The notes beneath the pieces are model-generated. The model was not told the origin of the DNA, made no database searches, and saw only the letters and a program-made list of their open reading frames with translations. The position numbers and the translations under genes were made by a program. Source: Catajapyx aquilonaris (lineage: Eukaryota). Taken from it: a stretch of DNA of 64,000 nucleotides. Of this stretch, positions 35,001-48,990 are shown one piece after another (positions within the stretch are counted from its first letter, which is position 1; each line of letters opens with the position of its first letter). Location: positions 62,001 to 126,000 of the forward strand of contig KZ538102.1 in the NCBI GenBank assembly GCA_000934665.2, written 5' to 3'.

Positions 35001-38000
35001 CCTGTCGGACCGTCACATTTGTCGCAACGTCGCAATTTTCGCCAATTTTTCTTTCTGATGGTTCAAAAAAAAATGGCAACCTAGCCTTTGTGCTGATGGG
35101 ATAAGTTTGAAACAAAAGGTGTTCTTCAAACGGGCCACATGGTGAAGTCTGTTATTCCCAGTAAAGCCTACCTCTTGTCGTCTCCTAATTACACTTTCAG
35201 CTGCTTCATGACGCCGGTAGGCTTATCTGCTCTACGAACTAGGCATGAATACCTGTCATTTTGATATGCACAAAGCCTAGGTACGTCGGGGATGTTAGCT
35301 TGCAAGTTTGTCTCCTGAAGAAAATTTTGGCCAAAAGCTGCCGGGAGTAATTACAACTCGCGGCTTCAACCCAGGAGATCAGATGCGAGTCAAATTTTCG
35401 GAAAAACCCGGATTAATCCTTCCAAAATTCGGCACTTCACATCTCACCAAGATTGTGTGTTCACACCGGACGTTCCTTTAAAAACGGGTGAAAATCGAAC
35501 TCATTGCTATATATTCTACCGAAGTCGAATAGTAGTTTCACAATAAGGCAGGCCTGATGGGAAAATCTTGGTACGTGCTTTTCATGCATGAAAATGTAGT
35601 ACTGCATAATTGTGCGCCTTGGAGCTGCCTATTTACATGTGATATCGAGTGCCTGTCTCGTTCCATAGACGATCGTACATAATACATTAGCAACACACTG
35701 CAGATTCTGGCGACAACATACGACTCTCGAGGACCTCAGGACCGAACAAAAACAACGGTGTCCAGCTGTCTGGCCACGTTCCGATATGACCCAAAGTCTG
35801 GAATGCAAATAAGCAACTGCAATGGGTAATTGGCATAGTTTTGCGCCGCCTGAAATAGGCCAGACTCTAGGCTAGTTTCTGTTCATGTCAGTGACCCTGG
35901 ACTAATCGATTGCCTTCTTTCAAGTCGTTTTCTGCGCAGGGTACGGAAAGCAACAACAATTATTCATCGGAATGTACGGCTACCCCCCGCTCCCCTTCGT
36001 CCAATGACTAGACTGCAGACCAAAATGCTATTTCAGACGCCGCTGCCAGATTCGGCCGTCCAAATATAATTTCGTGACAGATCGATGTCAGCCGTGGGAA
36101 TTCTTCTTCTCCCGACTGTCGCAGACGCTCATTGTCGTTTTATTTTTGATATCCGTACCCCCCGGTATATCGATTCCTCCCTGCAAAAGGAAATCCTGCG
36201 AATACATCTCCTCCCCCTCCCCAGCTCCGTCGCCAATCCACCATCTCTTTTATTATTACTCTATTATTATTCTGGCTAACTTCCCAGCCCCAGCATGGTA
36301 ATGGAACATGGAAACATTCCCGTCGAACCTGGCAACCGTGTCCAAGGGAGGTTCTTGGTACAAAGGAGTAGGCGGGTCTACTCCGGATGGGCCCGCATGG
36401 TTGCTCGTAGAGACCACGCACCCACCCACTCCGCCATGGCAGTCGCTTCCAACCACGCACGCGCCCATATCTCCAGCCAATCCCATCCAATGACCACGCC
36501 CTCATTTTGCATGGCGCGCACACTCCTCTGCGCAGTATGCGCACACTCTCCACGTACCCTCGTGCGCACTGCGCAGATCCAGGCCACATTTCCATTTTAG
36601 CCGGCGGGAATTGGGGTCTCGTCATTTCGGATCAACTCCGGGCTCTTGTGGGATCTCTCCACACCCCGGGTCCGACTCGGTTGCCTGCCACGCACACACA
36701 CTCAAGGGTAATTACGAATAAACGCTAATCTAGCGGCCGTTACAAATGTTCCACAAAGATAACCGAGATAGAGAAGTGTGCGATTTTCCTACCAAATGGC
36801 CCCCCTTCTAGGATTTTGCACGCACTGCCACGGGTCGTGCCTGCGGTGATCAGGTAAGAGATATGTCCATCTTACAGTGAGGTCTGTGCCGTACCGGTGT
36901 GTAGTTGGCGGGGGAGGGGAGGAGGGGAGGAGGGGAGGTGACGCAGGTACCCAGGCTAGTGGTTCGTGATCGGGGGTGGTTGGGGAGCTTAATAAAAGCG
37001 CATTGCCTTTACGTAACTTTGGATTACTTGGAATGGATCCAAATGGTTCCGGTCCCTGAATTCGGATGCGTGTCACTTCTGACCAAAGGGTAAGATTTTT
37101 GCACCCAATCGCGATTTGCAATATCGGTAAGGTGTGGACTTCACATGTATTTTGGACCTGTCCCGTCACCGCATGCCATCTGAACATACATCCTGTGCAA
37201 TTACAACTCGGTTAGCTCGAACATTAGACCACACACTAAATTACACTGCAGCTGATACAACAATACAGGTTTGGAATGAGAATGGTACTAGTTTCAATCG
37301 AGTTCAAACAATAGCACAAGGCTGACAAATCACAACAATGACACTCTTGAAAGGTTCTATTTTCAACCCGCGCCAATTGCAAAAGGTATCCTGTTTTCTC
37401 AGGCTCCCTAAGAGGGTGGGTGGCGCCATGACTAGAATTTAAGAGGCGGATTAAAGCGCCTTAAAAGGTGTGATGCGCATCCCCGGACCCTGATGGCAAG
37501 AATGCAACGGGAACAGGTTGGGGATTCAAAATGGCCGCACTATTATTGGCACTATTTAGAAAAATGATCTGGTTGGGAGCTGCGTGCGCAACTTATGTGC
37601 AAAGTACCGCCCAAATTCGGGGTTCTGGGAGAGGCCTGTGGAGCATCCGGCGGCCTACAAGATTGGAGACAGCTGTCGTCCTGATGCCAGCGGCTGGACA
37701 TGTACATAAACCGCCCTGTGTCCGTCCACTCGTGGGCCACTGCGCACAATGCAGGCGTGGGAGCCATAGGACCAGGCCTCCCCGCCCTGCAGCCTCTGGG
37801 ACCCCCAAATGCATGCCACCTGAGCCCAACAAAGCTCCCAGCATAATTATTTCCCGCACCCCTCGTCCCCTGCCACCCCTTGCCTCTCTACAGATCAGTC
37901 AGCCCTGTTGGGAAAAGGGAACCATCTTTATTCCAGCCACCGCCGCACTTGTAGTCTCAAATGCCTTTCATGCAGGGAGAGAGGGGGGAGCTTGTCACAA

Positions 38001-41000
38001 AGTGGAAATGGCCAGGACCGGGATGATCAGGGTCCTAGAGGAGGACCGGCTGATGAGGGAATGGTTAGAACTGGCGAGGGAAAATCATCAGGAATTGCTA
38101 AAACTCTAATGAGAAATGTCCATCACTCGTCTGCACTTCAAAGGGAATCATTTGGAAGCTGATGGATGACTGGAGTTCTGGATGGAACTGGTGGTATTGT
38201 CCATAACCAGTGTTCTCAAGTGCAATGATGTGCTGAAGGATCTGAACAGAACCCAACTGGTTTTGTTTACATCCACCAGTTTTGTACACCAGCAATCCTC
38301 AACATGACACGCTTATATTACACCCTTAGAAGACACCCACCCATGTGATACTCTAGGTGCAACATACTTCAAAAAATTGTTCCTCCATAAACTGCAGATT
38401 AGTGGCTACCGAGCTTGGTTCCTGGGTGTTGATCAGTCCTGGTGCAAACCCTTACTTGCGGTTGTTGTTCCACATTTAAAATTGAGCCAACGCAATATCC
38501 TGCGGTGTCATACTTACTCCCAAACAGCGCGTTCCGTCGCAATATCCGGAATAAGGGCTCGAATGTCAATATTGACCACTACCGCCCTGGTGCTAATTCC
38601 CGATTAGACGGAAACCAAGTACCGGCAGCCCCAATATTCTGCAATACCATACGACCAGCTTCTACTGTGGACCAACAAGACAACTATACAATATATTCAT
38701 TCTGACTTGGTAGCCTGCAATTAAAGGCATTCGAAACTTGAAGTTCACACCTGACTCACCCAATTTCTTGCGCCCTTTGAATGCCCTTGCCAGATTCTCT
38801 TTTTTTTCTCCACTCCCAAAAAGTGTCTGACACACGCCCTTTCCTGATTGCAACCATCCTGTGGCGTCATCTCATATAGGTGTGGGCAGCCCACATTACA
38901 AAAATCAGCAATGTGGAATATTTTTGCATTTGGTACGCCTACAGGTACGGTATCATTGGCGCCACGGTATGCAAAGTGAAACAACTACACTTCTGCCCAC
39001 TGGCTATTAGCTAAAACGGGCTCTTTTGTCCGATATGTAACTGTGCCTCCGATATTGCCTCACCCTGTATTCGCCCCTAACTACAAAGAACGGTTGGCAT
39101 GCGGGCCACAGGGGTATATTCCCCGCATTCTACTGCGCGTTGAATATACACCCTTCATCTATGTCGTACGAAAAGGGGAAAAAAAAATCCCGGTCTAACT
39201 CACTGTCATACACTGCTTTTCAATACAATCACAAAATGTGGAGAATGGGGTCTCCAAAACATTCCAAAATGCATGGAAGCGTGTGAGTCGAGCAGGTGGG
39301 TCAGAACTTTAGTCCGAGCGTAGAGTACCCTGCACCTGGCTGGTCACAGGGTGGCTCATGGAATGTGATAAGAAAGTAGTCACGCCCATGAAGAGCTCCG
39401 GGCTTTGGAAGAGCGACGGATGGATGAGAGGGGCCCATATATGAGCAATGTCCTGACCGGGTGGGGTTACGCCGGAGAATAAAAGCTGTGCCCAATCCTG
39501 ATGGACTTGGGAGAATGTACAGGCGACCATGACTTGACAGTAATTAACCCTTACCTCCCCGGGGGGACCGGTTTCAACCAACGCGGTTGTCGTTGCCCCG
39601 AAGAGCTCCTACGACCAAAACTAATCGCAGATGGCGCAACCCAGAAGCTCTTGCACCATTGTAGCTAGATCTATCTTCCTCAGGCAAGGACAACGTGCAA
39701 TTATACCAGCCCAGTTGTAGCTATATTCAATACCTTATAAACTGTCTGTGTACAAGAGCAGTTTGCTGCCTCTGCCGCCTACTTTTTCAAATTCAAATTG
39801 AAAGCAAAAGTGTGTCACGCCCCCCTAAGAAAAAAAAGTTACCCTAGACACGACGGTGTAATACGCTACACCGGTCTGTGTTCTCATCATGCAGGCCAGA
39901 TTAATCGCGAGCCTGATTGGAGCACTGGGAGCCATTACGGCACTACATCTATCCACTCCAATTTTTGGCACGGCACATACGACCATACAGTTAAGACGCA
40001 GAAAACAGCATGCACGGGTGTCTCCAAAATTGACAACTCCACGTGTATCCATACTCAATAAACAGAAGACCCCTATAAACAGAGCGCCACAAATAAAGCA
40101 ATTTGATGCATATGTAAGCTGGGCCACGCATAGGGTCAACAACTATGACTCAGCATGGGGAAGCAACGCATGAAACTGTCCGTTATGACCACTTCATAAT
40201 CACAATTTGCTCCCATAATTCAATGCTGAAGTGCACAAATGCTTCAAATACTTGTTATATAGTATATCGCATACAGATTTTCGCCGATTCATGGAAAGTA
40301 GGGAAGCGAAGTCTGTCAGGTCCTAGCATATTCCATAAGGAGAAGGAACGTGCGGTGCAGCCTGACAGCCTGATAAAATAAGAAAAGGCTGGCAATTTCG
40401 GCCATCGGGCTGGAAACTACCTGAATCCAAATTTTCAATATGTCAGCTTGCAGGGAAAGCCTAAGAAGGTCCGGGGGCCCTCTAAAAAAAAATTCGCACA
40501 TTCCTATAGGACAGGACCTCTTTCATGCCCCGGGTATCACACCGCTGGCCACGTGCACCGCCCAGATAAGCCCTCTTTGTCCTCAAAAATGTGGAATTTG
40601 TCCCCTTTTATCTTGAAGGGTTCCCTCCAAGAGCTAAGGCTAGGCCGGGCACCACTTGGCCAAGAAGTGGTCGGGACATGGCGCCGCCGGTGCTTCTCCC
40701 TCTTCGGCGGGGTCTTCAATCCCCCCTTTGTATCCCACCATTTCATGGTTCCATGTTCCGAATACGCTGCGTTTGGAACCGATCGTGATGGTCGTGACAC
40801 ACACGGGCCACGTCGGATGAGAATCGTGACAAAGCGGGCACGAAACGAGCAAGACCACAACAGTACACCGGAGTATATGTCTGTGTGCACCCCTTTCAAT
40901 TTCAGCTTTGAAGGACGTTACAGTTCGGTACTCAGTACCCACTGCTGGTACATGGAGGCAGGTACGTGGACTTCTCGTGGTAATGTGATCGCGTTTAGCT

Positions 41001-44000
41001 GCAAGGGGCGTAAAAACTATCTTCCCCAATCTACCACAGCCAGCCTGTAAAATATGAATGGCTAAATTATGCGTGCGTTTGATCCGTCGTGCTGTGCTGT
41101 GCTTGTCCGCTACACACACTGCCTAGGAACAAATTACTGGCGCACTGCGTTACATGGCTATCACATGCTCCGAGGCCAGTAAATAAAACTGCCCAACTAA
41201 ATTATGCAGTAATCAAGAGACGCATCCTTCAAACCGCCTGGAATGCACCGGATTGTCTAATCACCAAGCAGGAATTGAAAATTAGATCTACAATATATAT
41301 CTGAGCCAAAAACTTTTTTCCTTTTTTCAAGTAAGTTACGGTGTAAAATTGGAAAGGGCGAAATACCAGAATGGCGCAATCAATGAAGGAATGTGAGGAC
41401 TTCACAACTTGGTATAACAGACGTCGGAATGAAACCTGGTATCAGTACTTTTTAAGCCTCTTGGGCTAAGGGAATCCCGAAGATTTCGTGCCAGCCATAA
41501 TGTAAGGATTTCACCAAACTTTCTGCAGAAATCCTCCCAAGTTTGTTGCACGAATGGGGAAAAGTTGGCGCATAGGGACATGGGGGTGGGGAAGGGGCAA
41601 AAAACGAAAAAAGAAAAAAAAGTCAATCGAAGTGTGAGCCAAAGAATGTTACGATGGAACCACATTATCTGTAGGAGCAAGCGATACGGAATTTACCACC
41701 CATCATTCTTAAGATGTCTTCTTGAATGCAAACAACAAGCCTACCATTCTTGCTGTTGGGGTCAAGGTGAGTTCATGTTCCAGTGCGACCGGTTCCTAAC
41801 CCAATTCCTTACAGATCTACATTGTTTCGTGACACGTTAGCGAAACTCCTCTTTTTTTGTTATTATTTCTCCTTCCTGTCAGAGGTGGTTTACTGGTCCG
41901 GCAATCACCTAGCCTTTAGAGGGCAAAACCTAAAGGTGTGCCAAAATGGAGGCTTGCACTGTTAGTTGGCTACTTTCTAGAGGCTGGATTAGCCAATGCA
42001 ACGGTACTTTTGTGTAGGAGAATCCCGGATCCTTTCCACCTATTAAACACCTCCAAGATATTTCTTGTCTCATCTTTACGTACGGTTGTATTATGCCCAC
42101 ATGTTATTTGGATGCAGCTCCACAGCATAGTTACTAAAGGTCACCCAAAATTTCAGTTCCTGCAATATTGGCAACAGCTGCACAATTCCTGAGTTCGCAA
42201 CTTCTGGCCTACAACCGGCTCCGAAGTTTCACCCCACATTTCCACAATCCTATACCCGGTCTTTTATAGCCGGTCTGACCAAAGGTGCGATCTCATGCAA
42301 TAGGCCAGGTACTTCTTTTCTCTCTCGGTTGGAAGGATCGGAGGAGGGGGAAACGAAAGTGCGACTGTTGCTGTTTATTATGATACTAATGAGGCTATCC
42401 CCCTCTTGCAAGTGAAGGAAAACATTTCAATTCCCAGCAGTAGCCAATGGGAGCTTCCGCCTTCCGTTAGAAAGGCGTGAAAGAAACTGAACCAAAAAAG
42501 CTCAGGAAGGAAACAGGTCCGGAGTCCGTTCCGATGGTTTCCCCAGGTGAAACCCTGGGTGCATCTGGCATCCTCATGAGCGGCCACGAGGAACCGAGTA
42601 AGCAGCCACGGCCAACCAACGCCTTTGCCCAAACGAAAGCAAATCGGATCAGCTTGATTTCAAGTCGTGCCCCAAATCCAGCCTGGTCCCATCAATAAAC
42701 TAGGGTCGCCTCGACCTCCAATTTTTATGTCGCAAGCTAGATCGACAATGGTTATGGAGGATCGTGGAACTGCAAAGCCTCAAGGTCTTACCACAAGTAC
42801 AGTGCTTGGAGTACCCCAACTTTCCAAAAATTTAACAAGGCCTGGGGATCATAAGGGCCTAAGCGTGGTCCGGGCTATAACTCAGCCGATGTGAATGGCT
42901 ACAATTCATAATGCATGGTAGGCTTCAGAATTAGGTGAATGGAAACATCAAGCGTATTAAAATCCCTCTCGGTCTATAATTTATGTTCCAGCATGTCGTG
43001 GCCACTCAGGCCTATAAACAGCTGCAATGCTTACGTTTTATCGTTGGGGAAAATTAAGACCTACCTATCAGATTCGGTCATGTCATAAGAAATCTCATCT
43101 ACATACAGTATATGCAAGATTTCATTTTCTTCTTTTTTTCCCAATAGATATCGGGCCTTTTCGGTATTGAAGCATATTCGTAACAAAGAATTGGTTCCCT
43201 ATCATATTTAATCACAACAAAGCAACAGTGTCGGTCAACCGATGAATGTCCTCTAATGGTTGAATTACTACGAATAAGGCACTTGCTGAAATGAATGCAC
43301 AACCGCAAAAGGCTACCAAACTTCATCTTTCCTTGGGCCATGTAAGACCAGCCATCAACAGCCATGCCCAACCCATTTCATGAAAGTCAGTAAGCCAGAC
43401 TAATTTCTTGAAGCTTGACACACTAAAGGGCACGTTACAAGTTTGTCGAAGTGGTTGGTTCGAGAGAAAATATTTTACAAGCGGTGTGACATGCCTGCTA
43501 GCCCATGAAGTGGGCCATGCAGGCCTACCTCGGCTCCAACAAAACATCTTCCATAGCAAGTGGACTAATCCTGTCTATAAATTATAAAACATAGGCCCGC
43601 TCAACTTGTTTTCAAACCCGGATCATCAGGATGGCTCTTACAATAATGCCACAAAGGGTTCAGAAATTTAGCTATCTCCAGCCTCAACTCAATACGTGTC
43701 AAATGAGTTATCGAGTGAGTGCCGAACCGCATTTTGGGATATCCCCAGCTTCAATAGCACTGCTTAATCCCTACCCTTACCTCCCACCTGAAACTAGCCT
43801 ATTTCTATCCCTCAAATCTAGCCCTGCTAATTTATTCATAACATGGAATATGAATGCCACAGACTACTTCAAAAGACGGGAAGTCAGCGCGATTTTTCTC
43901 CGTGCTCGTTGAACGTCACGAAGTGCAGAGTGTGAAGGTTCTGCTTCAAAAGGGATAAAATATGAGGACATATCCCTTCACACTCATAGGATGGGGGGAT

Positions 44001-47000
44001 TGTGACCTGCGACGTGGAGCCGTGCAGTCTCCCTAATAAATGTAGGCTGCATGCACCAGGCTGCGGACTAACGACGATATATCCTCATCAGGCTAGAAAC
44101 ATGACGTACAAGTATACCAGAAATAAATTTTTTTCAACCCCAGCAAAGTGATGATAGTCTCGGTCCCTGTGTACGCACCCTTTCACGTACTAGCCTACCA
44201 TACTAAAAAAATACGCAAACTTGTTCATATCTGCGGAAGTAAAAGCAGCAGTGCGACATTACGTGCAGAACGCGAGACCAATGATGTGGTGCACTCATAT
44301 TTCACGTGAAAAACGTGCCCCCGCCGGCTCGCAGAATCCGGAGAACGGCCGTTTGTTTCCTGGAACTTCCAGGCTGCTGGAAGCACTTGGTTCTTTTTCC
44401 ACCACCCCCCTACCAGCCCTTTCCAAAACTTCCTCAGTCGCTAGCCACAACAAAGGGAAACTAATATTTTCCACTCCCTTTTCAAACAGTGCGTATTTCC
44501 CGTCAACAAGAGACCCCTCGCAGTGTACATGCAGGATACCTGTAAGTTTACAGGTGCAACTGCAACTTTTTGGAAAATCTCTGCCCCTCCACCTGCCTTT
44601 AAAGGGTAAAAAACGATGGAGGAACCACCCGTGGTGTTCTTTCCTCATCAGTCAGCGGCATGAAATAAGAACTGCATTTTAACGTGAGTGGCCAATGAGA
44701 GCGCGTTAATTTTCATGAACAGTTTGAGATTACAAACTGCTTAACAAAGCTGCGTATATGCCTTTTTTTTTCCTTCGCTCCATTCCCCGAACGAGGTAAC
44801 AGAATCTCCAATAAGAGTTAATGACGTGAATCCGAGAATGAGTTACGTACCTTTAAAAAAAAGTATACGGGAAGAAGATGCTTACAGGAGCCAAGGCATG
44901 AGCAAGATATATGCAAAATGTTTAATAAAAGGCCAATCTTTTCATAGTGCAAACATTCATTTCATCCTTTTTCATAAATCAGACCTCCATAATAAAACCT
45001 TCCCCGGTTTGATCCGGACGTATGAAACTTTTTCCTGAAGGTTCTTCCTTTCACGGCAGCTTCTGGCATACACTAGTACCTCATCTGAAAAAGAGCCTAT
45101 AGCCCAGGCTGTAGATCAGACTAGCGTTGCAGGTTTCATAGTCAGCCCGCCCCTCCCCTCGTCCATCACCATATTCTCTACCTTCATTAACCACCAACAC
45201 AAGCGCTATTAATGGTAATTAGTTTCTTACATGTGGACACGCCATCAGAACCTTACGAATGAATGTTGCCTGCAGCAGTTTCAAAACCCTCCTGCATCAT
45301 GTAACATGCGGCTGTGGCTTTCCTCCCCAGCTGCTGTCCACATAGGAAGCGCCATTTTGGAATGATAAGGGCGCATTCTGGTGGATGTGCCTGAATCGGA
45401 CGCTCATGCCAAAAATTCTTGCAATGTTGTGACAACACAATCCAGGTTTGCAAGTGGGTACTCTGCATGAGTGTAGGTCCCTGTCTATATGACCAAAGAG
45501 GCCTTTCACCCTAGGTGGAAAAAATGGAGGGGGTCTGAGGACGAGATGGATGTTGGGTTCAGGATGGGTTCAGACCGGGTTCAGGCCGGGCCTCTTTCCC
45601 TCTCCAGCGGACATCCATCACCCGCACCTATCGGAACCGTGTTTACTCCCAAAGCCCGAGGATTTTTCTCACCAATGGCTGGCCCTTTCCTATCCTCTCC
45701 ATCACCTCCACTGACACCCACTTTTGTTCCACTCTGTAGGTAACGCAGCTCTAACTCAGCAGTGTAAACAGAGGGCCCTAGATTTTTAAACCCCCCCCAA
45801 CCATCACCCCCGCATGCAACAAAACCGAGCAATATGCAACCTACCCACCGTCCAATCAACGTCACATATCGAACTAAAAAGATCCACGGTCGATGAATTT
45901 TCCTCTGCCTTCCCACTTTTAAAGCCCTCATTAAGGTGGAAATATCTGCACTGAATTATAGCAATTACGCGCAATTTCAGATCGCACTGAAGTATACCAC
46001 CCACCTTGCTCCACCTCCTTCCTTTTATAGGTAAACCTGTCAGCTATTAATAGATTAAATGGCGAACCATTGGTATGGTGGGAAATTGCATCGATTGTTG
46101 TTCGGTAAAATATATAACACTTGGACTCAAACCCAGTCTTGACGTAAGGTCTGGCCTATTCCTGGTCAAACTTGTCTATCTCCACAATATCTGCATTCCA
46201 GTGCACGCGCTTGCTTGCATGGTCCTTGCAATTGATTCAGGCTCTGGCAGAGGATGCCTGCCTGCCACTTTTCACGGAAATAATGCGACCATAGAGGATT
46301 ACCTACGGTTCGTCCTCTGATTGGTTCATCCATACAGAGTCCAAATTGCGTTTCCTCGTCTCGTCTTTTGAACATTTTGCCCAATGGAAAACTGGATTCA
46401 TTAGCGTTTCTACATGAGGGCTCCCTTCTTTCTCCTTCCTTTTGGTCAGAGGAAAAGATCCCTGTGCCTTGCAGTTCTGAGGTTGAGTTCTTCATCGGTC
46501 GTGCTACAAAGTTCGTTTGACTTCCAAAATGAACGTATTCTCGCTCAACGAACGGAGTCAGCATTTTTGATGGAATCGCGCGGCCCATTGGGTTCGTGCC
46601 ATCGGTTTATTTTTTCAACGTAAATAATTAGACGGCGGGGGTATTTTGTGCATTCAAACTTGCGCTGTTTCCAGATCCTGCTGATTGTCAAGAAAATCCG
46701 ATTTGATGTTCGAAACCAACCGCCAGCGTAAAGTTGGTGATAGCTTAGGGCGACTTGTTATTTCTGTGTACGCTTCATTAAAAAAAAAAAATGATTGATC
46801 TGTTATGAACTGCACATCAACGTTGTCAATGTTTCTGGCAGATTTAAATATTTAAATCTTGTGCTAGGTCGTGTTTTACAGGCGGGGGTGGAAAAGTTGT
46901 TTCCCGCAGGAGAGTACCGAAAAAGTCCTCCATACATTTTACAGTGTATCATAAATTATTATTGGTCAGTTCAACCCCTACAGCACAAAATAAACCTTGG

Positions 47001-48976
47001 AGTAAATAATCCAAACAATTTCATCGCATCGATTTTATCGAACATAACAGCTATTTCTAATGTCAGGGCCACGCACCGAGGAAATGGCAGTGTTTCACGT
47101 AATTTACTATAGACAATCGTGCTGATAACTATTTTAATGATGATTTGTACCAGCTTCCAAGGACACATGGCATGACTTTACGTCTAATCTCCAGCTATAT
47201 AAGGAGTCAAAATGCCCCCTTGTATAAAAGAGCAGATAGTGGATGGAGCCTGGAGTAGTTTATTACCCACTCTGCCTAGTATATTTGGGTACTGGAAGCC
47301 AAATGAAAGGCGACAATTCTGACTTGGGCTCCATGCTGGCAACCTTGGCAACGTGTTATAGTAAAGGTTGAGTCCGCATACTACACACCACCTGGACCTT
47401 TCGCTCCCCTATTTTAAGTTTTTTGGAAATGCGCCTAAGCCACGTTGCCACTTGCGCCAGATCGGCTATTCTCAACTTTCAGGGATCTCCCTATTGAAGC
47501 ACCAGCCGTTATATCCCTTCCCAACATTGCGGCCAAAACTCATCGAATTATCTCCACAGGCCTGTCTTCTACTTGGATGCGGATGGGGGTGGGGGGTAAG
47601 GTGATATCAGCTGACACGAGCCAAGGAAAAGTGGGTATTGGCCTGTCCGATCCCTGGAAACGTATTCCAGCTCCCATAGCTCCAATGGCAAAAACCCGGA
47701 CGGTTCTCTCAGAAAATGCAATAACTTCAGACCTATGCATAAGACCGCCATTTTGGATTGATGACGTTGTGCGCAGTGGGGCGACCCATGTTGGCGCAGA
47801 TAGACATCAATCTAAAATGGCTGGCTTCATGCAATAACATTGCATGGTGCAAAAGAGGGTTTTATTCGGATGCCTGGTAGTTTGGTTGACGGAGCACTTA
47901 GAAGCAGGTAATTCGACCAGAGAGACGGGGTAGGAAAAAAAAACTGTGCTTCCAGGATCAAGCCGCGTTCCTAATTTACGGCCGAGCACCTCAGTTTACC
48001 GCTGGCTCACAAAGGGACATCATCAGGGCCGTAAGGGTCAGTCAGGTCGGCCATTCCATCTCCTGGACCTCCAAAAACCTGATGAAATAAGGCTTCCCAT
48101 TTACGGCTGGGAACCTAAAGATTAAATTCATCCAGGAATGAAACGACACATTAGTGAGTTGCTGATTTGGGCAAAGGACCGTCGATTCAAACTCTCCAGG
48201 AATTTCATTTGGAAGCAATATTTACATCCCCCCGAGTGAAAAACCTACATGTTTGCACTAACAAATCGTATAACTCCCTCTTACCAAATTAATCTTATTT
48301 CCTACCATACATTACAAATATCCCCGTCCATCAAAAAAAAAAATATACACCCAGGTACAGCTTTCCCGGTGGGTACCTCCTTTCATCATCCATCAGTGGC
48401 ATTCTTTTCCAGCGGAAGTTGGAAGTTTGCTCCCAAGAATTTATTCCCGCTGTTTCCTCCGCAAGAAACCGCGATTAGGGGCGGGCGCAATCAGGATTTC
48501 ATTCAGCAGTTTCGCAGGACGACCTTGCAAACTCGGTACAATTAATTCGGAATCAAGTGTAAGGCCCCCTCCTCCTCCTCCCCCGAAACTTCTGCCTCCC
48601 TGAATTCACGCAGAGAAGAGCAGGAGAGAAATAGATACCGCGGATACACAATGTCCCTGATTCTAGTTCCAGCCAGTCACTCACTATACACGACCTTTGT
48701 TCGCGATTGTGCCCCAGCCACTCGATGATAAACATTATTTATAACTTGTTTTTTTTTTCATTCTTTCTTAGGTTTTGTTTTCTAGAGATGAACTGCCAAC
48801 GATGCTGATGGGACCTCCCAACACAAGCATCTGCTGATTGCCTGCTGGCGTTCTTGCAAGAACACAGACTTAGGTCGATGGCAAAGTTTGAGAGAGCAAG
48901 CAGGCTCCAACTTAGAAATTCAACAGCAACTGCGGTGTAACCCTGTACAATTTTTTTTCCATAGGATGTGTGTCAG

Positions 48977-48990
48977 NNNNNNNNNNNNNN
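48977..48990. other. Assembly gap (N run) next to poly-C
   Basis: 14 N followed by a C run. A second gap is at 52977-52985. Confidence 0.95.
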
